From: Candidatus Culexmicrobium cathedralense
Lineage (GTDB): Archaea; Thermoproteota; Methanomethylicia; Culexarchaeales; Culexmicrobiaceae
DNA length: 64,000 bases
Assembly (NCBI GenBank): GCA_025061115.1
Contig: JANZKC010000001.1
Span: 544,001-608,000 of the forward strand
Reading direction: 5' to 3'
Below, piece after piece: positions 31,448-41,471 of this stretch. The notes beneath the pieces were generated by a model. That model was not told where the DNA came from and did not search any database. It saw only the letters and a list, made by a program, of their open reading frames with translations. Both the position numbers and the translations under genes were made by a program. Within the stretch, counting starts at the first letter, position 1, and every line of letters begins with the position of its first letter.

Positions 31448-32254
31448 TCAAACCCTAGTGAAGCTCCCCTGACCACCAAGCTTCTTGATAGTATTTAAAG
31501 CTGCTTTAACGATTGATTCCATCGCAGCTTCAGCAATCTGATAATTCCTAGCAGTAATATCAATTCTATATCGAGGAGAACCTACAGTGTAGATTCGAAA
31601 TGAAATATCGTACTTCCCGCCGGCCTCAGCAGCCTTCATCAACGCCTCCTTAACCCTCAAAACCCCATCTGGAGCTGCAGAAGTCAACTGGAGGATGCCG
31701 CTGATCTTAACCTCAGGAAGCTCAATGTAAGCCTTAGCCAGCTCAGCTAAAACCTCAGCCCACTTCCCGGGAACCCCAGCTTTAAGTAGAGGCTCAACCC
31801 CCTTCATGGCTGCAGCTTCAAATCCAGCAAAAATCTCCCCAAAGTAGTCCTCCATGGGCCAGCCGGCTTCCTCATAAGCTTCATCAAGCGTCTTTCCAAG
31901 CCTATCAGCAGCCATCTCCAAGAACTTCTCAGCCCTCTGAAGCCTCTTCCACTCCAAAAGCTTCTCCTTCCTCTCCTTGGCAGTAACCCTCCTCAAAGAA
32001 AGGTCGACGTGCCCCTTCCTTGGATCAACCCTAATAACCTTCAAAACAACCTTGCGGCCCTCCTTGAGGAAGTCCCTGATATTGTGAACCCAGCTGGAGG
32101 AAACCTCACCAATAGGCACATACCCCTCGATTTCGCCGTATTCATCTAAAATGACGTATGCACCCCTATCGAAAACCTCTGCAACAGTGGCCATCACCAG
32201 CTCTCCAAGCTCGGGCAGCGGCCTCCTCCTTCTAACCAACCCATAAACCTCCAA
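31448..32254 (-). CDS. eif2a: Translation initiation factor aIF-2 alpha
   Basis: PELGELV, S1 domain LDEY, KVIRVD.KGHVDLSLRRV, GSPRYRI. Confidence 0.95.
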   Translation of the reverse strand: MEVYGLVRRRRPLPELGELVMATVAEVFDRGAYVILDEYGEIEGYVPIGEVSSSWVHNIRDFLKEGRKVVLKVIRVDPRKGHVDLSLRRVTAKERKEKLLEWKRLQRAEKFLEMAADRLGKTLDEAYEEAGWPMEDYFGEIFAGFEAAAMKGVEPLLKAGVPGKWAEVLAELAKAYIELPEVKISGILQLTSAAPDGVLRVKEALMKAAEAGGKYDISFRIYTVGSPRYRIDITARNYQIAEAAMESIVKAALNTIKKLGGQGSFTRV

Positions 32255-32257
32255 TAA

Positions 32258-32470
32258 CTACTCCAAAACCCTAACCAGCTTGCCCTCAATAATAGCCTTA
32301 CCGCCAGTCGGCCTAACCAAAACCTTATTGCAAACCAAGCACCTAACCACCGTGGAGGCCCTATCAAAGGTTATCTGCTCATTGCCGCACTCGGGGCAGC
32401 TGACCACAATGAACCTGCTTTTAGGCTCCGGAATGAGTATCTTCTTCCTCTTCATCCTAACGATAGTCAA
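32258..32470 (-). CDS. rps27e: 30S ribosomal protein S27e
   Basis: PKSRF..CPECGNEQ..CLVC..PTGGKA. Confidence 0.95.
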   Translation of the reverse strand: MTIVRMKRKKILIPEPKSRFIVVSCPECGNEQITFDRASTVVRCLVCNKVLVRPTGGKAIIEGKLVRVLE

Positions 32471-32471
32471 T

Positions 32472-32756
32472 TCACCTCACCTCCACAATTTCAATCCTCT
32501 TCATCCTAATGCCCTTCCTATGCAGAATGTATCCGCAAACCCTGCAGGTTAGCTTCAAAGTCTGCTTCTTAGTTACCTTAGCAAACCTCTTCTGCTCGGA
32601 CTTCCTCTTGCTACCATAACCCTTCTTCTTAGCCCTATACCTCCTCTCTCCAGCGGCGAGGGCCCTCCTCTTACCGGCCTTATAAAGCGACACGGTGTGC
32701 TCGGTATGCGCCTTACATCTCGGGCAGTAAGTCCTTATGATTCTAGGAACCTTCAT
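32472..32756 (-). CDS. rpl44e: 50S ribosomal protein L44e
   Basis: [34 protein letters not shown]. Confidence 0.95.
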   Translation of the reverse strand: MKVPRIIRTYCPRCKAHTEHTVSLYKAGKRRALAAGERRYRAKKKGYGSKRKSEQKRFAKVTKKQTLKLTCRVCGYILHRKGIRMKRIEIVEVR

Positions 32757-32762
32757 TCACAT

Positions 32763-33284
32763 TCACCCCAATATCTCAACTACACCCCTTCTAGCCAGCG
32801 CTTCAGCATTTATCACGGGTATATTCGCTACATCCTCAGGCTTAAACGGCCCATACGTCTTCAAATCAGCGCCTACAAAGGCTGGAACCTCTCGAAGAAA
32901 ACGAACTAATATTTTTTTCGCGAGCACGCCCTCCTCCAAGCTTGCGAACTTCTCAGTTAAGGATAGAAACTCCTCAATTGCGGATGCAATCTTCTCATAA
33001 GCGCTTAGCTCAACTTCAAGCAGATTCTTGGGAGGCTCGCTTCCACCACTCATGAAGTGCTTCAAAATCTTCCTCAACCTCAAACATACAATCGAGCTTA
33101 TAATTTCACAGGCAAGCTTAGCCTCGGCTTCAGCAAGCTTAGCTTCAACATCCGATCCCCCCTTAACCTTATCCCTCAAGCTCTGCATGTAAGCTTGAAC
33201 ATTAATGTAAAAGTCGGATGGAAGCTGGGAAAGCTCCTCCGACTCAAGCTCCTCATTAAGAACATTAATCAAGTGCTTGTACAT
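32763..33284 (-). CDS. GINS complex subunit (Gins51/GINS15-like)
   Basis: LSQLPSDFY A-domain; C-terminal VPAFVGADLKTYGPFKPEDV B-domain; priS-GINS-L44e synteny. Confidence 0.85.
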   Translation of the reverse strand: MYKHLINVLNEELESEELSQLPSDFYINVQAYMQSLRDKVKGGSDVEAKLAEAEAKLACEIISSIVCLRLRKILKHFMSGGSEPPKNLLEVELSAYEKIASAIEEFLSLTEKFASLEEGVLAKKILVRFLREVPAFVGADLKTYGPFKPEDVANIPVINAEALARRGVVEILG

Positions 33285-33329
33285 GATTGAGCCTCACTAT
33301 AATCCAGTAAATCTAAGTCAGTTATATTA

Positions 33330-34580
33330 TTAGCCCTCACCCCGCGGTAGGGTGGCAGCGCCCTTACATAGAAGGTAGATGGCTGCAGGCATTGGAAGCG
33401 TCACAGTAGCATCCTCAAACGGCCCAAAAGCCTCCCCTCCAACCGCAAAGCTCGGAGCACGATCAACGTGAACCTCAACCTCCCCCCTCCTAAAAACAAC
33501 TGCATCAACAAGTGGGTCGAAGCTCTCAAGCTCGCTGAAGCTCAACTTCTTAACCTTAAACCCGGTCTTCCCATGAATAGTTTCAGGCAACCTCATAAGG
33601 CGCTTAATGTCGGTCGTCACCCTCTCATCAATGAAGCTCCCCTGAGCCCTAGCAACGTGGGAGGCAATTCTGGACCAAGTAAGAACCGAAACACCCTTAA
33701 TTGAAGGCCACCTAGGAGGAGTGCTCTCCAAGCTCCTCAAAATCTCATCCCTATGCTCAACGATAACCCTTGCAACCCTGCTCCGCCTAATAACCTTCCG
33801 GACATCCTCAATTGAAGCTCTGCTTATGAAGTCGTAAAGCCCCCTAGCAAGCCTCCCCCGCCATCCTGGATCAGCCAGGTCTGGAGGGCCACCGCTTAGG
33901 GAAGCTCTGGAGAAGCCGTGAAGCTTAGGCATGATCCCCACACCCCTAATGTAGTCGGTTATCTCCCTCCTAGCCTCCTGCGATAGCTCCCTAACAACAT
34001 CACTATGAACGTGCACGTGATACCCCCTATGGCCCGAGAAGTTGAAGGACATCTCGCTTGTAGATAGCCCCAAGTCAGCAACCAAAAAGTCCTCCACGAG
34101 CTTGATCGTCTCGCTCTTAGCCACCTCAAGGCATAACTCGCAAAGCCAAGTTTCAGCTTTCAACCTCTTGGACTTACACTGGGGGCAAGCCTCGGGAGCC
34201 ATTCCAGATGAAGAGTAGCCGCAGTCAAGGCAAGTCCACCTGTCATGCTCCTCCTTGCATGGAGTGGGAATGTGATCCGCATCAATGTCGAAGACGAGGT
34301 CAGCCCCGAGCCAACCCTTACTATCCATATCCTCCGCATTAGGCACCTCATAGTAGGCTGAGGAGAAGTAGGCGTGGAGGGGAGCCTCACGCCTCAAAAA
34401 ATCATTAAGCTCATCACCACTCCTAAAGGACAAGTGCCTAACCATCCCTTCCCTACCAAAAAGAATGAAGCCAAACTCCCTCCTCTCAATGAGCTTTGGA
34501 GGTGGAATCAGGGACCTCGCATAGTATGCGGAAAACATCCTCCTAAGGAATTGATGCTCACCGCTCAACTTCGCTCTCAC
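33330..34580 (-). CDS. priS: DNA primase small subunit with Zn-ribbon insert
   Basis: REFGF, LVFDIDAD, FSGHRGYHVH, IDERVTTDIKRLMRLP; true start probably 34580 or 34568, not 34673. Confidence 0.93.
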   Translation of the reverse strand: MRAKLSGEHQFLRRMFSAYYARSLIPPPKLIERREFGFILFGREGMVRHLSFRSGDELNDFLRREAPLHAYFSSAYYEVPNAEDMDSKGWLGADLVFDIDADHIPTPCKEEHDRWTCLDCGYSSSGMAPEACPQCKSKRLKAETWLCELCLEVAKSETIKLVEDFLVADLGLSTSEMSFNFSGHRGYHVHVHSDVVRELSQEARREITDYIRGVGIMPKLHGFSRASLSGGPPDLADPGWRGRLARGLYDFISRASIEDVRKVIRRSRVARVIVEHRDEILRSLESTPPRWPSIKGVSVLTWSRIASHVARAQGSFIDERVTTDIKRLMRLPETIHGKTGFKVKKLSFSELESFDPLVDAVVFRRGEVEVHVDRAPSFAVGGEAFGPFEDATVTLPMPAAIYLLCKGAATLPRGEG

Positions 34581-35619
34581 CCTTACTGCTCTTAACCTTA
34601 ATCTTATAGTAGGTAAGCGGGTGCTTAACCCTAGCACATAGAGGATCAACGCCGGATCCAACGCATAAGCCAAACGTCCTCAAGGTGCTGCAGCTTGGAG
34701 GAGTATACTTAATCCTTGAGCCCCTAAGCCCAGCAATGTGCTCAACCTGATACCTAGTGACGTTCTCATTGAAGTCCGCGGTCAAGCTAAATAAATGCAC
34801 GACCTCATCAACGCTCTTCCCCACATTCAGCAGAAATGAAGTTAATGCAAATCTAGCCATGTGGGAAATGGAGCTGCCCTTAAGGAGATCGCTCAAAATC
34901 GACCGCATGCAGGGCGGAAAGGCGCTCTCAACAACAGGCCCAGCGTACTCCTCCTCAATTTTAATGTACTTCCTAAAGCTTTCAAAAAGCTTCCTCAAAT
35001 CCTCAGCAGCCCTAGCAACCTCCTCGGGAACAACTATGCTTGGAGGAGGAGAATCAGCTCTACTTGCAATTCTAGCTCTAACAGCCTCTCCAATTAGCCT
35101 CGCAAGCTCATACTTTTGAACTCTAACCCAACCCCTAGAAACAAGCCTATTAACGAGCTTCCAGCTTGGAGCGTGAAATGAAGGGGCAACGCTCAAGTAA
35201 TCTGCGAAGAAAATCTCGAAGAAGCCGGCCTCAGCACACCGCCTAACCCTCCACCTAAAGTTGCTCTCAGCCAAGTACTGAGCCTTCCAATCCTCATCCA
35301 CCCTAAGCTCCTCATAAACCCTCTTAGCCTCAGCAACAGCATACCTCCTAAAAAGCGGAGGCTCACCTACGATGGTAAGCAAGGCCAAAGCCGCGGGATA
35401 GGAGAGAATTTCAACTTCAACATCAGTTAAGTCGGTTTTAACTCGGCCAAGCTTCACCGCACTTTCAATTCGCTCAACAGCTCTCCTCAAAATAACCCTA
35501 TAACCAGGCTTTGCGAGCTCGCTTAAAGTTAAGCCAATGCCTTCAACGTACTTGACGGCTTCAACGCTGAATGGGTACTTTGCCAAGTCCTCCTTGGTGA
35601 AAGCACCCCTCACGCGCAC
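34558..35619 (-). CDS. priL: DNA primase large subunit
   Basis: AKYPF, WKLVNR, FPPCM, HMARF, YQVEHIAG, YTPPSC, HPLTYY. Confidence 0.95.
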   Translation of the reverse strand: MRVRGAFTKEDLAKYPFSVEAVKYVEGIGLTLSELAKPGYRVILRRAVERIESAVKLGRVKTDLTDVEVEILSYPAALALLTIVGEPPLFRRYAVAEAKRVYEELRVDEDWKAQYLAESNFRWRVRRCAEAGFFEIFFADYLSVAPSFHAPSWKLVNRLVSRGWVRVQKYELARLIGEAVRARIASRADSPPPSIVVPEEVARAAEDLRKLFESFRKYIKIEEEYAGPVVESAFPPCMRSILSDLLKGSSISHMARFALTSFLLNVGKSVDEVVHLFSLTADFNENVTRYQVEHIAGLRGSRIKYTPPSCSTLRTFGLCVGSGVDPLCARVKHPLTYYKIKVKSSKGESEVER

Positions 35620-35668
35620 AACCTCTAATTAATAAGGGTAGGCAGATTGAAATAAGTTGCTAGCTCAC

Positions 35669-36430
35669 CTAAGCCTCCATTCTCGGAGCCAAGTAGTAAG
35701 TTATCCTGCCCTCCCCTGGAAGCATGAAGTCAAGCCTCAACGGCATGTCAGTTGAAAACTGCACTGTAACTATTTCAGCTGCAGCAACAGCCTTCATCAT
35801 GTCCGACAAGTAGCTTAAGCTGTAAGTGCTCCTGGAAGGCTCCTTAACTTCCAGCTCCACCAGAGAGCCCATATCCTCGCTAAGCTTAACCTCAACATCA
35901 CCCCTATCCCCAGAGGCAGTTAACATCAATGCTTCCTGATCGGCAGTGAACCTGACGTAATCGCTAACGATGCTTGCATCCTTAATTGCATCCTTCAAAG
36001 CATCAGCAATCACTCTAGCCTTAACATTGAACTCCAAGCTCGGAGAGGGAAGCTCCTCGCCAGCAATGTCTATTAGAGGCATTCGGAAAGTCCTCAAAGC
36101 CTTCCCCATGAAGCGCAAAGTCAACCTAGACCTGTCAGCGACCTCCATCTCCAATCGCTCCCTAGCCGAAGCCCTCTTAAGCAGCTTATTGAACTCGTCG
36201 AAGTTCACTCCAATCACCATCTCCTCATCACACCTGTACTCGTCGAAAGCAAGTTGAGGCAGATCCAGCTCAATCATAACGACGTGGGATGGATCCATGG
36301 CTCTCAGCCTAAGCCCATCCGGCGAAGCCACGAAGTTTGCTTCATCTATAAGCTCAGCAATTGCAGATACGATGCTGCGCCAGATCTTCGCACTCGTAAA
36401 AACAGCCCTAAACACTATTAACACCTCCAA
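35669..36430 (-). CDS. pcn: DNA polymerase sliding clamp PCNA
   Basis: AMDPSHV, YSLSYL, DMPLRL, YYLAPR. Confidence 0.95.
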   Translation of the reverse strand: MEVLIVFRAVFTSAKIWRSIVSAIAELIDEANFVASPDGLRLRAMDPSHVVMIELDLPQLAFDEYRCDEEMVIGVNFDEFNKLLKRASARERLEMEVADRSRLTLRFMGKALRTFRMPLIDIAGEELPSPSLEFNVKARVIADALKDAIKDASIVSDYVRFTADQEALMLTASGDRGDVEVKLSEDMGSLVELEVKEPSRSTYSLSYLSDMMKAVAAAEIVTVQFSTDMPLRLDFMLPGEGRITYYLAPRMEA

Positions 36431-36457
36431 AATACTATTAGCGACACGTTTAATATT

Positions 36458-36664
36458 TTATTTACTTTGACGCTTCTTCACGTCCTCGCAAATCTCCCTT
36501 GAAATTTTTAGAGCACTTTCAATCATCCTCCTAAGCCTAGAAGCGTAAGTCTTAGCGTTCAAGTAGTAGGGGATCCTCGCCTCAACCTCGGCAACGGCCT
36601 TCAGCGCTTTACTTAGAAGAAGCTCCAAAGCCTCAGCCTTATCCTCGAGACTGCACTCCGACAC
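36458..36664 (-). CDS. Small helical hypothetical protein
   Basis: 68 aa, coupled to the tfs stop codon, fills the gap in the operon. Confidence 0.6.
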   Translation of the reverse strand: MSECSLEDKAEALELLLSKALKAVAEVEARIPYYLNAKTYASRLRRMIESALKISREICEDVKKRQSK

Positions 36665-37002
36665 TAATCATATTCCCTCCAAGTATAGCCGCACCTAGTG
36701 CACCTGAAGAACCTGGTTGGACTTTCATCAGCCCTCCTAGTTTGAACCATCCACCAATAAGCCTCATTATGCCCGCACCTCGGGCATTCAACCCTAGTGG
36801 TGGGAAGCACCTTTGGAAGCTTGCTCTCATCAACCACTATAATTCCCCTATCCGGAGCGTGCTTGATCTCCTTAACAATCTTGTAGGTCGAGTCCTTCTC
36901 AACTGGCTCGGAGTAATTGCACCTCGAGCAGTAAAGCTCAACCACCCCATCACTTGAGCGCTTAGGCCTAAGCAAGCCGCCGCACTTCGGACAGAACTTC
37001 AT
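36664..37002 (-). CDS. tfs: Transcription elongation/cleavage factor TFS (RpoM family)
   Basis: FCPKCG..CSRC and CPRCG..QTRRADE..FFRCTRC with intact acidic DE hairpin. Confidence 0.93.
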   Translation of the reverse strand: MKFCPKCGGLLRPKRSSDGVVELYCSRCNYSEPVEKDSTYKIVKEIKHAPDRGIIVVDESKLPKVLPTTRVECPRCGHNEAYWWMVQTRRADESPTRFFRCTRCGYTWREYD

Positions 37003-37026
37003 TTGAATTCGCCTCTGAAAAGCCAG

Positions 37027-37482
37027 CTAATTACAGCGCAAAGTCTCTAATAGGCTTAACGCTAAAAGTCTTGCAACCCTAATCGGCTCAGGAAAATCGC
37101 CAACAACAACTACGCTCAACAGATCTTCAGCAGCATCAAAGCTTAAACCCTCAAACTTCAAGTACAAGTCATACTTGCTTGAGCGCTTCGCTCCAGCGCG
37201 CCAGGCTGAGTCAACTGCAATTACAGGGCGCTTCAGCTCATCATAGAGGCGCTTAACGTCAATTGCAATGTCCCCCCACTCAAAGCCATCGAATAAAACG
37301 TAATTTACTTGAGGGTAGTGGGGGGAGCACTTCAAAAGCTCAACGGCCTCCTCAATAGGATGCTCCAAGCACGCCTTGGATAGAACGCCGTCAAGCCAAA
37401 GCCCACCCCTAAAAATTGTGCATACAACTAAGTTTTCGATGAAGGTCAGCCCAGCAACCCTCGTTTCAAGCTTAACTCTCAC
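37027..37482 (-). CDS. DUF99 (endonuclease V-like) family protein, divergent and short
   Basis: RGGLWLDGV, LYDELKRPVIAV, PEPIRVA. Confidence 0.65.
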   Translation of the reverse strand: MRVKLETRVAGLTFIENLVVCTIFRGGLWLDGVLSKACLEHPIEEAVELLKCSPHYPQVNYVLFDGFEWGDIAIDVKRLYDELKRPVIAVDSAWRAGAKRSSKYDLYLKFEGLSFDAAEDLLSVVVVGDFPEPIRVARLLALSLLETLRCN

Positions 37483-37880
37483 TTAAATCTCTCCCAGATA
37501 AGCTTCAGCAACTCAGCGAAGGCATTGATTGAGGCTTCGAACTCACCTTCATCAAGCATGCACTTCAACTTGGATGCAAGCAGCTCTATGGCCTCATCAA
37601 TTCCAACGATCTTGGAAATCCAAGCGTAGGCAACCAGGGCTTCAGCGGCATCTCCCCTGGCCTGAACGTCAACTCTCCTGGGAAGCTCAGCTCTAAGGCC
37701 AGCCCTCCTCAAGGCCTCAGCCAAAATTCTATTTGAAACCCTTTCACCGCAAAACTTGCCTAAAACCCTAGATTTAGCGGCGGAATATAGGAAGTTTACT
37801 AGGCTATCGCCGAGCTCAGCCAATCCCTTATCCATTAAAACGCCGCTTAAGCTCGAATATCTCCCCATCAAGTCACCCAT
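37479..37880 (-). CDS. Archaeal mini ribonuclease III-like protein
   Basis: DKGLAELGDSLVNFLYS, GDAAEALVAY. Confidence 0.7.
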   Translation of the reverse strand: MGDLMGRYSSLSGVLMDKGLAELGDSLVNFLYSAAKSRVLGKFCGERVSNRILAEALRRAGLRAELPRRVDVQARGDAAEALVAYAWISKIVGIDEAIELLASKLKCMLDEGEFEASINAFAELLKLIWERFK

Positions 37881-38169
37881 TAGACTTAAGCGCGCTTAAG
37901 AAAAGCTCCTTAAACTTCAACGCATTATCCCTAACCCGCTCAGCCGCTTCAATAACCGCTTGGATCGGAGCCTTAGAGCCATCGGTTTGAACGTAAATTC
38001 TCGGCTTCCCAACCAAGGGGTGATCAATGTGGTAAGCGGCGAACACCACGTGCTTATCGTTAAAAAGCTCTTTGCATAGGGCATTGCAAAGCGTGTGATC
38101 CTCACCTTCAAGCTCCAACTCGAGGGAACTTTCGTCCACCTTAACAATCCTCACCTTACTCAAACTCAC
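37873..38169 (-). CDS. rpoL: RNA polymerase subunit Rpo11 (L)
   Basis: GEDHTLCN, FAAYHIDHPL. Confidence 0.95.
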   Translation of the reverse strand: MSLSKVRIVKVDESSLELELEGEDHTLCNALCKELFNDKHVVFAAYHIDHPLVGKPRIYVQTDGSKAPIQAVIEAAERVRDNALKFKELFLSALKSNG

Positions 38170-38206
38170 ACCTCAGCGCCTAGAGTCCACTTACATCAAA
38201 ATAAAG

Positions 38207-38845
38207 TTAGCGGAAAAGCTCCTCAACCTCCTTTAAAGAGGACAAAAGCTCGGTAAGCGCCTCCCTCCAAGCCTTGCGGAGCACGAGCCTTCCACTCTCA
38301 TTCCTACCCAAAAGCTTAAGCTCCTCAGCAGCACCAACCACGGTCCACAAATCCAGCCCGGAAACGCTTGAAGCCAATGCGAGGAGCTTCTTGACGCTGG
38401 ATGACTTGGTTTCATACTGAAGATTCGAGTATGCAGATCCAATTAGCCTAGCAACTTCAAATACGGTGTCTTCATCAGCGTCGGTTTCAACTCCACCATC
38501 AACAACTCTGCACTTAAAACCCCTAAGCTGAAGAGCTTCGGCCAGAAGCTCCAGCGAAATGGCTGTGCCAGCCTCCCTAGATAGAGCTCTAACTTCAAAT
38601 AGGTTGATTCCAACAAGCTTCAACTTGGATTTCCTCTTGACAATTGAAGTAAGCTCCCTAATTAGGCTTGCAGCCCTCCTAACATCATCATGGGAGCCGC
38701 GCACGGCCACCTTAACCACTCCAGGCTTAGAAGAAATGCTTAAGTCCACGAAGGTCAAGCGGCTGCAAATGGCGTCCAAAATCGCCAGAAGCTCCTTCTC
38801 ACTTGAAACGCTGATCTTAAATACCCTCTCAACGCCCCGCCTCAA
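38207..38845 (-). CDS. Conserved hypothetical protein (DUF2067-like)
   Basis: Lies between csl4 and rpoL; LAEALQLRGF..VETDA; family call is from synteny and recollection. Confidence 0.55.
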   Translation of the reverse strand: MRRGVERVFKISVSSEKELLAILDAICSRLTFVDLSISSKPGVVKVAVRGSHDDVRRAASLIRELTSIVKRKSKLKLVGINLFEVRALSREAGTAISLELLAEALQLRGFKCRVVDGGVETDADEDTVFEVARLIGSAYSNLQYETKSSSVKKLLALASSVSGLDLWTVVGAAEELKLLGRNESGRLVLRKAWREALTELLSSLKEVEELFR

Positions 38846-39422
38846 GGATTAATCCCCCATAGTCAGCTGCAATCTTCCTGGACTCATAGGCCCTGCAATT
38901 CTGGCAGAATAGCCGGTCCCTCCGCCTAATAAGCGGCGACAAGCACCTCGTGCACTTCGCAAGCAGCACTCCAAGCTTAGAGCCCCTCATGGAAAGCTGG
39001 TAGGGAGTCCAGGAGTTGAGCACCTTAACTCTAACCCAATCCCCCAGGCGAACAGCATCAAACATGCTCCTAAACTTCTTCCTAATTGAAAGCTGGGAAA
39101 TGTGCAGGAAGCCAGTTAAGTAGGAAGATAGCTTCCCCTTACCCTCAAGATGATACATTCTAACAATCGCAATTTCATCCTTAACGTCATAGACAACTCC
39201 TAAAGCGACATCGCCCTCCCTAGGCAGCGGGAGGAAACACCCCTTATACGGCGCAACCGAAATAACCCTCTCCGCCAAGTCAAAGCGGACCATGCCAGCC
39301 CTAGCAGAATAAATGTTCCCATTCTCCTCGTAGGTGCCATCGCCTGGAATGAACTCCTCAATAACTGCCAGAAACTCCCCTGGAAGCACGAACTTGCCCT
39401 GAAATCGCTGCATAATCACCAC
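38829..39422 (-). CDS. csl4: Exosome RNA-binding protein Csl4
   Basis: VLPGEFLAVIEEF.PG.GTYE, S1 domain, LGV..A.C..C...C..C..ESRK. Confidence 0.93.
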   Translation of the reverse strand: MVIMQRFQGKFVLPGEFLAVIEEFIPGDGTYEENGNIYSARAGMVRFDLAERVISVAPYKGCFLPLPREGDVALGVVYDVKDEIAIVRMYHLEGKGKLSSYLTGFLHISQLSIRKKFRSMFDAVRLGDWVRVKVLNSWTPYQLSMRGSKLGVLLAKCTRCLSPLIRRRDRLFCQNCRAYESRKIAADYGGLILEAGR

Positions 39423-39465
39423 CCCTTACGAGCACATTTAAAATCCACTCGCTCGCTGCGCACAG

Positions 39466-40104
39466 CTAGCTCTCAGCCAATATTCTGTAAAGATCCACTT
39501 TAACCTTATGCCTCCTCTCAAAGTGGAAGTCGAACATGCGAGGTATCTCCAAGTAAAGTGGAATTATGTCAGTTACAACTCCGCCGAGCTCACCCACAAA
39601 CTTTAAGATGAAGCGCCTATTAAGCTCCCCAGCCTTGTGGAGGGAGTAGACCACCGAAGCCGAGGAAAGGGCGGCCTTCAGAAAAGCCCTATCAGCACCC
39701 CTCCTCTGAACCCCAAAAGGCGGATTCTGAACTACCGTATCCCCCCTAATCGAGAGGCTCTCAACGGAGGCGCGAATAAAGTCCACGCATCCACGGACAC
39801 CAACCTCCTCAGCATTAGCCAAGGCTACCCTCAAAGCCGTTGAATCGACATCAACGCCAACCACGAAGTCAGCTCCCAAAAGAGCAGCCCCAATGCCAAG
39901 CCTCCCACTTCCACAGCCGAAATCCAACACAGCCTTCCCCTCAATATCATCGTAAGTCCTCCCAGCAAACCAGAGAACCCTAGCTGCAGCTCCAGCTGAA
40001 ATAGTGTACTGCTCAAGCGAAGGAGTTGGGGAGGGGTGGGGCTTAACCCCCTCAAGAATAATTTCCAAGTGCCTAAGCTTCCTTATCCTCCCCATCAAGT
40101 CCAC
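39466..40104 (-). CDS. METTL5-family (rRNA N6-adenine) methyltransferase
   Basis: LEQYT, DFGCGSG, QNPPFG, YSLHK. Confidence 0.9.
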   Translation of the reverse strand: MDLMGRIRKLRHLEIILEGVKPHPSPTPSLEQYTISAGAAARVLWFAGRTYDDIEGKAVLDFGCGSGRLGIGAALLGADFVVGVDVDSTALRVALANAEEVGVRGCVDFIRASVESLSIRGDTVVQNPPFGVQRRGADRAFLKAALSSASVVYSLHKAGELNRRFILKFVGELGGVVTDIIPLYLEIPRMFDFHFERRHKVKVDLYRILAES

Positions 40105-41125
40105 CCATTATAGTTGGAATCGGAAGTCCACTAACACCTTCAAATCCACCCAAAGCCAACTTCAACTCTCCAACGGTAATCAAGGGCTTCCTAAACCTAT
40201 CAGCATCATCAATTGCAATTCTAGGGCAGGCAGCAGCAACAAAGGCATCAACTTCATCAAAGGGGTATAGGGCTTCCGGCGAAATCTCCCTAGCAGCTAT
40301 CAAGTAGCATTTCCTACCATAACTCAAAATTAGCTTCTTAGCTTCAAGAGCAACATCAATCACCGCCTGCCCAGGCTTAACTCCAACGATAACTCCAAAA
40401 ACATCAGCATCCCTCGCCCTAGCGATGCTCGACCACCTCAAACTCAAAATTCTCTTCAAAAGCTTGGAGATATCCCTAGCCTCCCCCCTATATGGATCCG
40501 CCACAACCACAGGCTTGCCAGTTGAAAGAGCAACGCCAAGCGCATGAAAGTCCCCGCCAGCAATAACAAGGAATGCATCCACGCCACTCATAACCGAAAG
40601 AGCAGCGCAAACATCGCAGCCCAAAATTTGACCATCAAAGGGGACTCTACCACACCTACCTCCAATCAAAACCTCAAATCCAGAGGCCTCAAGAAGCCTC
40701 CTAGCTTCATCAAGCTTATGAACATGCTGAACAGTTGAAACCAAACCTATAACCCTATAGGATTTAAGCAGCTTAACAGCACTCTTAACAGCGCCAGCAA
40801 CTGGAAGCTCCGAAAAGGCAGGAATGTAAACTACCGGCACTTCACTAGACTTCAAAAATTGGGTATGGCCAAAGTGGATTATCAAGTCGGCAGAAAGCCT
40901 CCTAGCTTCATCAAACGCCACGTCGCACCCGCCATAGCATGGGTCAGCCAATACTATAACATCAACTCCGCACTTAGACTCAATCTCCCCAGCCAGCTTA
41001 AGAGCATAAACCTTCAATCCATCAGGAAACTGAAGAATAACCCTCCTAGCACGCCTACTCCTAACCTCTCGAACAACCCTATCCAACTCGAAGTTGTACA
41101 CTTTAAACCCCAAACAACCTTTCAC
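40073..41125 (-). CDS. dph2: Diphthamide biosynthesis enzyme Dph2
   Basis: LQFPDGLK, PCYGGCD, HFGH, GQILGC, ACPRIAIDD. Confidence 0.95.
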   Translation of the reverse strand: MKGCLGFKVYNFELDRVVREVRSRRARRVILQFPDGLKVYALKLAGEIESKCGVDVIVLADPCYGGCDVAFDEARRLSADLIIHFGHTQFLKSSEVPVVYIPAFSELPVAGAVKSAVKLLKSYRVIGLVSTVQHVHKLDEARRLLEASGFEVLIGGRCGRVPFDGQILGCDVCAALSVMSGVDAFLVIAGGDFHALGVALSTGKPVVVADPYRGEARDISKLLKRILSLRWSSIARARDADVFGVIVGVKPGQAVIDVALEAKKLILSYGRKCYLIAAREISPEALYPFDEVDAFVAAACPRIAIDDADRFRKPLITVGELKLALGGFEGVSGLPIPTIMGGLDGEDKEA

Positions 41126-41233
41126 CTACACTCCTATTAGGCAATTACTACGCCACTAAATGCAGGCAACAATGAAAAGCGAAATGAGCAGGTAAACCTG
41201 CTGCGAAAATAGCAAAAATAAAGAAGAGGGATG

Positions 41234-41401
41234 TTACCCGTACACTTTAAGTGCGGAGCGAGCACTTACAAACTCCTTACGAATCAGATCCCTTATTGCT
41301 ACCCTGATCACCTCCGCCCTAGAGGTGTATCTGCCACTCTTGACGAGCAGATCAATTTCATTAAGGATAGCTTCAGGAACCCTAGCAACAATTACTTTCA
41401 C
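41234..41401 (-). CDS. Small ribbon-helix-helix regulator (CopG/CdrS/aCcr1-like), 55 aa
   Basis: Manual translation MKVIVARVPEAILNEIDLLVKSGRYTSRAEVIRVAIRDLIRKEFVSARSALKVYG; GAGGGGTGA SD; below the ORF-track cutoff. Confidence 0.85.
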   Translation of the reverse strand: MKVIVARVPEAILNEIDLLVKSGRYTSRAEVIRVAIRDLIRKEFVSARSALKVYG

Positions 41402-41451
41402 TCACCCCTCCCCCACAAAAATAAATTAAACTCGCTAACACTTAGGTGTGC

Positions 41452-41471
41452 GTATTACTAGTGTATTACTA
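41452..41471. promoter_or_regulatory. Tandem GTATTACTA direct repeat upstream of the RHH gene (putative operator)
   Basis: Exact 9-mer at 41452-41460 and 41463-41471 (11-bp period). Confidence 0.5.

Noticed and set aside
41231-41461. 76-aa + strand ORF
   Set aside because: Antisense shadow of the RHH gene
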